Origin: Gammaproteobacteria bacterium
GTDB lineage: Bacteria; Pseudomonadota; Gammaproteobacteria; JBCCGL01
Length of the DNA: 64,000 bases
Direction: 5' to 3'
Assembly (NCBI GenBank): GCA_965277715.1
Contig: OZ255836.1
Coordinates: 2,528,001-2,592,000 of the forward strand
Position numbers and translations under genes: made by a program. Every line of letters begins with the position of its first letter. Within the stretch, counting starts at the first letter, position 1. Positions 11,379 through 19,717 of this stretch are shown here, in pieces. The notes below the pieces were generated by a model. That model had not been told where the DNA came from. It ran no database searches and worked only from the letters and a program-made list of their open reading frames with translations.

Positions 11379-12188
11379 ATGAAAAATACTTCTTGCATTT
11401 TTTTCCCCTTGATAATACTTATTATTATTTTTTATAACGATACTGTTTATTCTGATGATATGAAAAAACATTTAGATGAATTTAATTCGGCTTTTTTTTT
11501 AGGTAAGAATTCCTATAAGGAATTGAAAAAAAGTGATTTAAAAGATTTTTTTAATGTAGCCATTCAAACAAACTTTGAAGATGATAAATATAACAATAGA
11601 ATGTTCAAATGGGACTCGAATATTCGTATGGGAACTATAGGGGGAAGGAATTTGGGAGATTCGGAAGAAATTGTCGATATTGCAATAAATTCAATATTTG
11701 GTCTTATACAGAGATACGTCCCGACTTCTCAGGCTATAGACGATGCGAATTTCATAATATTTTTTTCTGCTAATATATATAAAGATCATGAAGAAGGAAA
11801 ACTTGATAGATTTTTAGAATTTGTTTTAAGTAGTGATCGTATACCTCATATGCGTGAAAGAATTAGAGAGTATGAGATAAATAAAAAAAATTGCTTTTCT
11901 CTTTCTTCAATAGATACAAAAGAGGAGGAATATTTGAGATCAGTGCTATTTATAAACATTTCAAAAAATAATATTGAAACAGCCAACTGTGTTTCGAGAG
12001 AAATATTTAGAAGTCTTGGATTTCCAGGAAATTCTATTAATCCCCACTCAATACTAAATGAAAAATATAAATATCCTTTTTTGAGAAAAATTGATATTTA
12101 TTACCTGTCATTGCTTTATTATAAAAATTTTACATCGGGTGTAAAAAAAGACGAGCTGTATGAGGTTATTAATAATTTAGTTGAATAA
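11379..12188 (+). CDS. DUF2927-like exported protein
   Basis: Signal peptide; KW motif; C..RE..RSLG...S....SI.N...D...L.LLY...SG pattern resembles the DUF2927 C-terminus. Confidence 0.55.
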   Translation: MKNTSCIFFPLIILIIIFYNDTVYSDDMKKHLDEFNSAFFLGKNSYKELKKSDLKDFFNVAIQTNFEDDKYNNRMFKWDSNIRMGTIGGRNLGDSEEIVDIAINSIFGLIQRYVPTSQAIDDANFIIFFSANIYKDHEEGKLDRFLEFVLSSDRIPHMRERIREYEINKKNCFSLSSIDTKEEEYLRSVLFINISKNNIETANCVSREIFRSLGFPGNSINPHSILNEKYKYPFLRKIDIYYLSLLYYKNFTSGVKKDELYEVINNLVE

Positions 12189-12217
12189 ATCTGGTTCTGT
12201 GGGGAGGAAATATTTCA

Positions 12218-12326
12218 ATGCCTAGTTTAGAGTTAGGTGTTTCAGTAGGGGAGGTTTCTGTTACCACGGAAGGCGTGAGTGTAGATGTTACAAAAGCTCA
12301 TGACTTCGGTATCGTTTCGATTAATG
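12218..12326 (+). pseudogene. N-terminal stub of a gene interrupted by IS66
   Basis: GGGGAGGA RBS, MPSLELGVSVGEVSVTTEGVSVDVTKAHDFGIVSIN, then the IS66 end. Confidence 0.5.
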
Positions 12327-12348
12327 GTAAGCGCCCTTAAATCAGCCT

Positions 12349-13955
12349 CTATTCCAAGGTAATGTCCAAAACGACATGCCAAGGTAGCAAGGCCTCTATC
12401 TTTTCAAGAGTATCGGCACTGCCGATATGATTAAGGACGTGCAGTATGTACGCATAGGGTTCAAGCCCATTAGCTTTGGCCGTTTCGATCAATGAGTAAC
12501 ATGTGGCACTGGCATGGGCGCCACGGGTTGAATCGGCAAACAACCAGGCTTTTCTACCCACGGCAAAAGGCCTAATGGCATTTTCAGCCAGCACGTTGCT
12601 GATGTGTAACCGTCCATCATCACAGTAGCCTGTGAGGGTATGCCATTGATTCAGTGCATAGTCCATGGCGTTACGAGTAAGGGACTTTTTAGCCACCTTA
12701 GTAATATGCTTATCCAGCCATTGTTTGAAGTCTTCCAACACCGGCTGGCTAAGTGCTTGGCGAAGTGTTTGTTTTTCTGCGGGTTCAAGCGCTTGTATCT
12801 TTTTCTCAATGAGATAGAGCTTGCGGATTTTACCGATGGCGACATCGGCTTTCGAGGCACGGGGTTTTTCGTGTTTGCTTTATCGGCGGCTTTAATGGCA
12901 TCAATGAATTTTCGGCGCACATGATCCCAGCAACCGATACGTGTCAGATTTTGCTGTTCGCACACCCCGTTATACCCTGAATAGCCATCGACTTGCAGAG
13001 TGCCTTGAAAACCTTCCAGTAAGCGTTGCGGCACTTCGCCCGAACGAGAGGGGGCGTATTCAAACAACACACTGGGCTGGTCTGGAGGGCCACCGCGCGT
13101 TAGCCACATCCATTTATCGGATTGGGCGGTTTTGCCATTTTCTTTGAGTACCTGGATACGCGTTTCGTCCATTTGCACATAATCACCGGCATTTTGACTT
13201 TCTCGCAGCAAGGTCATCAAGGGTTTAAAGACATCGTCCAGGCGAATCATCCAGTTGGCCATGTTGGTGCGGCTCACGGCATGTCCATAACGCTTTAAAA
13301 TACTTTCCTGGCGATACAAGGGCAACCCATCGGCGTATTTGGACACCATGATGTTGGCGAGCAAGGCCGTGCTGGCAAAGCACTTACCCAAAGGATGTAT
13401 GGGGCGTTGTGCGGCGATGATGTGGTCATCACCTGCGTAGCTGAAGACGGCCTTTTCTTGCCAGTACTCCAAAACGTTGAGTTGTGCGGGAATGTATTGG
13501 AGTTCTTCTTTGACTTTAACGAAGAAAGTACGTGTAGCACCTGCTTTTTCCTCATCGTTTAAGGCCAGCTCAACGCGCACACGGGGTAAACTGTTGGAGA
13601 AGCCGCGTTGACGTTTTTTCTTGTTCGTGGTCGTAGGCTGAGGTAGCAACTCATCCGGTAGCTGGCTATCAATGTCGACAATGGCTTGTTCGAGCTCTGC
13701 TTCATCAAACAAATCGATCTGAAAGGCAAGCTTTTCGCTGTTAGCACCGAACCTCTGAACCTTGGAAAGACGCAACCGTTCTTCCAGCAAACGAATGTAG
13801 TGATCGCGGTTTTTAATGGTGTTTTTGTGACGTTGAATAATTTGGTTATGACGCGTTAATTCGGCTTCTTTTTCAGCAAGCACGATCACTAATTCAGCAG
13901 CCGTTAAGCCGGTGTCATTGCGTTGTTTTTGTTGAATTTCCGATGCCAAAACCAT
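12349..13955 (-). pseudogene. tnpC: IS66 transposase TnpC, frameshifted near 12865
   Basis: KYADGLPLYRQ, DET, CWDHVRRKF, N.AENAIRP; T-run has 5 T here versus 6 T in copy B. Confidence 0.9.
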
Positions 13956-14001
13956 CGTCTAAAAATCACTAAAATCAAACACTTTTTCACCCTTTAGCGA
14001 G

Positions 14002-14370
14002 CTAAAAAACAGACTCGTAATGCAATACTTTGTGGCCTTTCATTGCGGCTAAATCATAGCCATCAAGCAACCAATTTATTTGTGTGCCGGTCAGTGATAT
14101 GACTTCCTCATCGAGGTCAGGCCACTTAAATTGCTCTTCGGCCAAGGCTTTGTAATACAGTACAAAACCGTTGTCCTCCCACATCAGACACTTGATTTTG
14201 TTGCGGTGGCGATTGGTGAACACGTATAAGCCACCATCAAACAGGTTGTGACCCAGCTCTCGCTCAACAATGGCCGCAAGGCCATTGCTTTGCTTACGAA
14301 AGTCCACCGCCTCTCGGTATAAAAACACCTTTGGAATATCGAGCGATGGCCGTAAATAACGGGCCTTCAT
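14002..14370 (-). CDS. tnpB: IS66 accessory protein TnpB
   Basis: VDFRK..NGL, VFTNRHRNKIKCL.W..NGF.LYYK. Confidence 0.93.
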   Translation of the reverse strand: MKARYLRPSLDIPKVFLYREAVDFRKQSNGLAAIVERELGHNLFDGGLYVFTNRHRNKIKCLMWEDNGFVLYYKALAEEQFKWPDLDEEVISLTGTQINWLLDGYDLAAMKGHKVLHYESVF

Positions 14371-14684
14371 AACTGTGCCAGTAACGCGCCAACTAACGTC
14401 ACGTTAGCGGCGGTAATGCCAGAAATGGCACAGCCATTGGCCAGCTTAAAACACAAACCCGGATCACCCCTTTGGGTGTCGGCCACCACGATATTAGCAA
14501 AGCCTGCCAAAGGGGTTTTATTCTGTCTTGATTGAATAGTTTTACGAGAACATTTTCGGTTCCAATAGTAAAACTGCTTCAAGTGGATGCCGTTATCCTG
14601 GCAAAACTGCGCACCACTCAAACCGGATGCTTGCCATTGTTCAATTTGATTGCGCCAGTACAACGCACGTTCTTTATTACTCAT
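14367..14684 (-). CDS. tnpA: IS66 accessory protein TnpA
   Basis: W...IEQWQASGLS...FC HTH pattern. Confidence 0.9.
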   Translation of the reverse strand: MSNKERALYWRNQIEQWQASGLSGAQFCQDNGIHLKQFYYWNRKCSRKTIQSRQNKTPLAGFANIVVADTQRGDPGLCFKLANGCAISGITAANVTLVGALLAQL

Positions 14685-14800
14685 ATTACACCTAGCGGGT
14701 ATTGGGTTGCTGTGGTGCAGTGTGAAGGAGGATCAGACTATTTGGTAGACGCCTATTCTTTGGCGCTTACCCGTTTTCGATTTTCGGGGTATCTTTGCAC

Positions 14801-15262
14801 TTATCTATATAGTGTCTGTCCTGAATGGTCTTGGGGAAGGCCAAGCCTCTCAATTTCATTGCGTAAAGCTGCAATATGCTCTTGAAGTTCTGGGTTTGAG
14901 TTTACAACATTAACTGAGTTATCAGTTGAATTTTGGTTGATTCGATTATTTGTGCCGGAAATATTGTATGTAATATGTTGAACTGCGGCTTTTGCCTCAG
15001 GAAGGCCGAGTTTAACTACGTCCATTTGGTAGCCAGCAGGAATGCTATGAAATTTCTCATGAAACCCTGGATCTATAACTTTGTAAGTTTCTTCTGCGCC
15101 ATTGCTCATTGAGCGCTGAACTAAGTCACCGGTCTCTATCAAAATATCAGAACGTTGAATAAATATTTTATCTTTTTGTACGCTCGATTTGATATTCGAG
15201 AATATCTCTCCATCTTGCTTTAACACTTTTACAGTGTCTGTCATTAAATCATCGAATGGCAT
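14801..15262 (-). CDS. Hypothetical protein in the second integron cassette, probably 3'-truncated
   Basis: ATG 15262 with AGGAG RBS just after the attC core site; no downstream attC before IS66. Confidence 0.65.
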   Translation of the reverse strand: MPFDDLMTDTVKVLKQDGEIFSNIKSSVQKDKIFIQRSDILIETGDLVQRSMSNGAEETYKVIDPGFHEKFHSIPAGYQMDVVKLGLPEAKAAVQHITYNISGTNNRINQNSTDNSVNVVNSNPELQEHIAALRNEIERLGLPQDHSGQTLYR

Positions 15263-15282
15263 TCTGCGATCTCTCCTTGGTA

Positions 15283-15365
15283 ACTTAACGCCAACCATCA
15301 GGGCGTATTTGCAGCGAAGCCGAAGGCGTAGCGGAAAATGCGTCCCTTGCATGGTTTTGTTAGCC
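15283..15365 (-). other. Integron attC recombination site (83 bp)
   Basis: Minus strand GGCTAAC (R'')...GTTAAGT (R'); imperfect palindrome CCATgCAaGGGaCG...CGCCCTGATGG with extrahelical bases; SLATT stop codon lies in R''. Confidence 0.88.
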
Positions 15366-15800
15366 CTCACGTTTCTTGCGCTGTGACTTTTTCATGTAAT
15401 TCGACCAATTGGTATTTTCCTTGGAGATAAGCCCTTCGGTACGCTCAACAAGTAGATGGAAGGAGTCATCAACGTTGTATGGCTCTGCACCAGTTAAAAA
15501 TAGATATTTTTCATGCCGAAGAGATTCACAGATAGTTCTGTACTCCAGCCAATTTTCTTGAAATTGATAAAGCCCAAGTACGGCAGTTATCGCAGCGACG
15601 ATCAAGCCAAGCGCCCCGACTGCAATTTTTAAACATAGAGTTGATTCATCTATATAGCCGGAAATGAATGGTATCGATGCAGACGCAATAATTACAATGA
15701 CCTGCAGCCTTTTAAACCACTTTTGATTGGCAACGCTCTTCTTGTCGTACCACTCAATTTGGGGGTCTAACCGTTCTTCAATGTACTGTTGCTGGTCCAT
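15360..15800 (-). CDS. SLATT-superfamily (DUF4231-like) 2-TM protein
   Basis: Y..ERL..QI.WY, two TM helices, W..YR..CE.L..EK..F. Confidence 0.85.
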   Translation of the reverse strand: MDQQQYIEERLDPQIEWYDKKSVANQKWFKRLQVIVIIASASIPFISGYIDESTLCLKIAVGALGLIVAAITAVLGLYQFQENWLEYRTICESLRHEKYLFLTGAEPYNVDDSFHLLVERTEGLISKENTNWSNYMKKSQRKKREG

Positions 15801-15806
15801 CTGAGA

Positions 15807-16301
15807 CTAACACTGCCTGTTGTTAATGAAACGATCACGTGGGTTTACGATCAGATTCTGTTTGTTGAATCTTGCATCCCATGCTTCATTAATTATGTTT
15901 TCAAGAGATTTTGATGTGGATGGTTTTTTGTAAAATTTCGAATAGCCAGCATCAACGTTGCTCTGAACTCGGCTGGGGAGTGTTTTGTACGAATCCCACA
16001 ACTGGATTGCAACAAGTCCATTAGGGTATCCGTCAGCAGGATTCCGGAGTGATGCTTGTACTTCCCAGTCTACAAACTTCCTTGCCCATGTGCACTTCCC
16101 GATCAGGACTATCGTTACGGTCGAGTCTTTGAGATACAGTTCTCTGATTCGCTTCATAACATAGTCGGTGTTTGTAGAATCGATGATGTCGTCTTCCATC
16201 TTCAATCCTCGGCGAATAAAGCTACCTGAAAATGTTTCGCAGAAATCATCAACCGCATCCTTATCTGCAGCATTATAAGAAAGAAAGCATTTATGGGTCA
16301 T
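15807..16301 (-). CDS. ThsB-like TIR domain protein (DUF1863/MTH538 type)
   Basis: CFLSY, STVTIVLIG..TW.RKFVDWEV.ASL with the conserved TIR glutamate. Confidence 0.88.
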   Translation of the reverse strand: MTHKCFLSYNAADKDAVDDFCETFSGSFIRRGLKMEDDIIDSTNTDYVMKRIRELYLKDSTVTIVLIGKCTWARKFVDWEVQASLRNPADGYPNGLVAIQLWDSYKTLPSRVQSNVDAGYSKFYKKPSTSKSLENIINEAWDARFNKQNLIVNPRDRFINNRQC

Positions 16302-16321
16302 TGAGAAAATTCTCCTGTGAG

Positions 16322-16385
16322 GGCTAACAGCCTATTATCAAGGAACGAATCCTCGATAACAATATTATGTGGAATCGCGATAATT
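16322..16385 (-). other. Putative attI-like site / core site of the first cassette
   Basis: GTTAGCC core preceded by TTATCGAGGATTCGTTCCTTGATAAT inverted repeat; no attC hairpin upstream; no intI adjacent. Confidence 0.5.
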
Positions 16386-16665
16386 TCGGGAGACTGAGTT
16401 CATAAAGACAGACTAAAATATTGATTAACATGACAAAAACCTACAAAAATCGCAAATAACAGACAAAAAAGTGCTGGAACGACTCCCTAAATCTTCGGCT
16501 TTAGATTGTCATATAGCACTCTCCGCTTTACAAGAATTTATACGTGTACAAACCGCCCTTTTTGCAGTCTATTTACGTCCATCAGTGCCTGTCCTGAATG
16601 ATCCTCTGAAGCGACCTTGTTTCCAGAGATTGATAAAGTTGCACGATTTTTAAAGGGGTAGGTAA

Positions 16666-17646
16666 TTGAGTAGATTAGAAAATAAAATTGACGCGAATAA
16701 TCGCTCTATCTTAGAAGTGCTCGATAATAAAAAATATATCGTTGATTACTATCAGCGTGAGTATAGCTGGGAGCAAACCCACATAGAGCAACTTGTGACT
16801 GACCTGTGTAATGCGTTTTTAGATAATTATGCCCCAGAGCATCAACGCCTAGATGTAGCTGATTATAACAGCTACTACTTAGGCCCATTTGTTCTGAGCG
16901 AAAAACCAGGTAAGCGCAGTATTATTGATGGTCAACAGCGTTTAACCTCACTGACGCTCTTTCTTATTTACCTCAACAACAAGCAAAAAGAACTTAATTT
17001 GAATGAAGCGATTTCTGGAATGATTTTTTCAGAAAAGTTCGGACAAAAGTCATTCAATATTGATGTGCCAGAACGTACAGCTTGCCTCGATGCATTGTTC
17101 AATAAAGGTGAATACATACCACCTGAAGATGCGGATGCTTCAACAGCCAATATAGCGGCTCGTTATCAGAATATTTGTGATGCGTTTCCTGTTGATCGTA
17201 TTGATGAAAATGCATTGCCCCTATTTCTTGATTGGCTTCGAGAGCTTGTTGTTTTGGTGGAAATCGTGGCTTATAGCGATGAAAACGCCTATACCATCTT
17301 TGAAACAATGAATGATCGAGGCTTAAATCTTACCCCTACCGAAATGCTAAAAGGCTTTTTACTTTCCAAGTATCGTGATGATGCCAAACGTAAACACGCT
17401 AATGATTTTTGGAAAAAAACCATTATCGACCTAAAAGCGTTTGATAAAGAAGAAGATCAACGCTTTATCCAGGCTTGGTTAAGAGCAAAATATGCAAAGT
17501 CAATCCGACAAAGCAAAGCTGGCTCACTCAACGAAGATTTTGAGAAGATAGGCACACGCTTTCACAATTGGGTGAGGGATAATTTAACTCGAATTGGTTT
17601 AGCAAAAGCAGGTGAAGCTGAGCTTGATAACTTAATAAATACGTAA
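16666..17646 (+). pseudogene. DUF262 (GmrSD/ParB-like) protein, C-terminally truncated by IS66
   Basis: YQREYSW, IIDGQQRLT, IFETMNDRG..L motifs; reading frame runs into the IS66 end at 17643. Confidence 0.88.
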
Positions 17647-19585
17647 GCGCCCTTAAATCAGCCTCTATTCCAAGGTAATGTCCAAACCGACATGCCAAGG
17701 TAGCAAGGCCTCTCTCTTTTCAAGAGTATCGGCACTGCCGATATGATTAAGGACGTGCAGTATGTACGCATAGGGTTCAAGCCCATTAGCTTTGGCCGTT
17801 TCGATCAATGAGTAACATGTGGCACTGGCATGGGCGCCACGGGTTGAATCGGCAAACAACCAGGCTTTTCTACCCACGGCAAAAGGCCTAATGGCATTTT
17901 CAGCCAGCACGTTGCTGATGTGTAACCGTCCATCATCACAGTAGCCTGTGAGGGTATGCCATTGATTCAGTGCATAGTCCATGGCGTTACGAGTAAGGGA
18001 CTTTTTAGCCACCTTAGTAATATGCTTATCCAGCCATTGTTTGAAGTCTTCCAACACCGGTTGGCTAAGTGCTTGGCGAAACCTTTGTTTTTCTGCGGGT
18101 TCAAGCGCGTGTATCTTTTTCTCAATGAGATAGAGCTTGCGGATTTTACCGATGGCGACATCGGCTTTCGAGGCACGGGGTTTTTTCGTGTTTGCTTTAT
18201 CGGCGGCTTTAATGGCATCAATGAATTTTCGGCGCACATGATCCCAGCAACCGATACGTGTCAGATTTTGCTGCTCGCACACCCCGTTATACCCTGAATA
18301 GCCATCGACTTGCAGAGTGCCTTGAAAACCTTCCAGTAAGCGTTGCGGCACTTCACCCGAACGAGAGGGGTCGTATTCAAACAACACACTGGGCTGGAGG
18401 GCCACCGCGCGTTAGCCACATCCATTTATCGGATTGGGCGGTTTTGCCATTTTCTTTGAGTACCTGAATACGTGTTTCGTCCATTTGCACATAATCACCG
18501 GCATTTTGACTTTCCCGCAGCAAGGTCATCAGGGGTTTAAAAACCGCTTCCAGGCGAATCATCCAGTTGGCCATGTTGGTGCGGCTCACGGCATGTCCAT
18601 AACGCTTTAAAATACTTTCCTGGCGATACAAGGGCAACCCATCGGCGTATTTGGACACCATGATGTTGGCGAGCAAAGCCGTGCTGGCAAAGCACTTACC
18701 CAAAGGGTGTATGGGGCGTTGTGCGGCGATAATGTGATCATCACCTGCGTAGCTGAAGACGGCCTTTTCTTGCCAGTACTCCAAAACGTTGAGTTGTGCG
18801 GGAATGTATTGGAGTTCTTCTTTGACTTTAACGAAGAAAGTACGTGTAGCACCTGCTTTTTCCTCATCGCTTAAGGCCAGCTCAACGCGCACACGGGGTA
18901 AACGGTTGGAGAAGCCGCGTTGACGTTTTTTCTTGTCCGTGACCGTAGGCTGAGGTAGCAACTCATCCGGTAGTTGGCTATCAATATCGACAATGGCTTG
19001 TTCGAGTTCCGCTTCATCAAACAAGTCAATCTGGAAGGCAAGCTTTTCGCTCAAACAGGTTGTGGCCAAGCTCTCGCTCAACAATGGCCGCAAGGCCATT
19101 GCTTTGCTTACGAAAGTCCACCGCCTCTCGGTATAAAAACACCTTTGGAATATCGAGCGATGGTCGCAAATAACGGGCCGTCATAACTGCGCCAGTAACG
19201 CGCTAACTAACGTCACATTAGCGGCGGTAATGCCAGAAATGGCACAGCCATTGGCCAGCGTAAAACACAAACCCGGATCAGCCCTTTGCCTATCAGCCAC
19301 CATCACTTGGGTAAAGCCTGCTACAGGCATGTTACTCTGCACTGCTTGAATAGTTTTACGCGAACATTTACGGCTCCAATAGTAAAACCGTTTCAAGTTG
19401 ATGCCGTTATCCTGGCAAAACTGCGCACCACTCAAACCGGATGCTTGCCATTGTTCAATTTGATTGCGCCAGTACGACGCGCGTTCTTTATTGCTCATAC
19501 TACACCTATGCGGGTATTCGGTTGCTGTGGTGCAGTGTGAGGACGAACCCGAGTAATTGCTAGACGTCTATTCTTTGGCGCTTAC
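17643..19585 (-). mobile_element. IS66-family element, copy B (internal deletion of tnpB 3'/tnpC 5'; frameshift)
   Basis: Same termini as copy A; deletion junction near 19051; 5-bp deletion near 18395. Confidence 0.93.
19181..19498 (-). CDS. tnpA: IS66 accessory protein TnpA
   Basis: Close paralogue of 14367-14684. Confidence 0.88.
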   Translation of the reverse strand: MSNKERASYWRNQIEQWQASGLSGAQFCQDNGINLKRFYYWSRKCSRKTIQAVQSNMPVAGFTQVMVADRQRADPGLCFTLANGCAISGITAANVTLVSALLAQL

Positions 19586-19601
19586 GGTAAAAACACTTCA
19601 T

Positions 19602-19717
19602 CTTCAGCCCCTTAGACGCCCCCGCTACGATTCAACTGTGGAATTTAGGTTAAAGGAGACCTTGCTAAGATTGAAGCTAAGGTTACTCTGACTCAGTGGA
19701 TGCTGGGGTTGGTGATT
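19602..19717 (+). repeat. 116-bp direct repeat, right copy
   Basis: Matches 4210-4325; ends at the TRAP permease stop codon. Confidence 0.93.

Larger units (their letters stand above)
12327..14770 (-). mobile_element. IS66-family element, copy A (full length, tnpC frameshifted)
   Basis: GTAAGCGCC...GGCGCTTAC termini; tnpA-tnpB-tnpC order. Confidence 0.95.
4210..19717. mobile_element. Mosaic genomic island between sucD and the TRAP permease
   Basis: Bounded by a 116-bp direct repeat; contains recombinase remnant, ISL3/IS66 elements, AT-rich genes and integron cassettes. Confidence 0.75.

Noticed and set aside
15263-15370. N-terminal extension of ORF 14801-15370
   Set aside because: It is translated attC; the real start is ATG 15262 with an RBS
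16471-16653. 60-aa ORF as an intI remnant
   Set aside because: No tyrosine recombinase motifs
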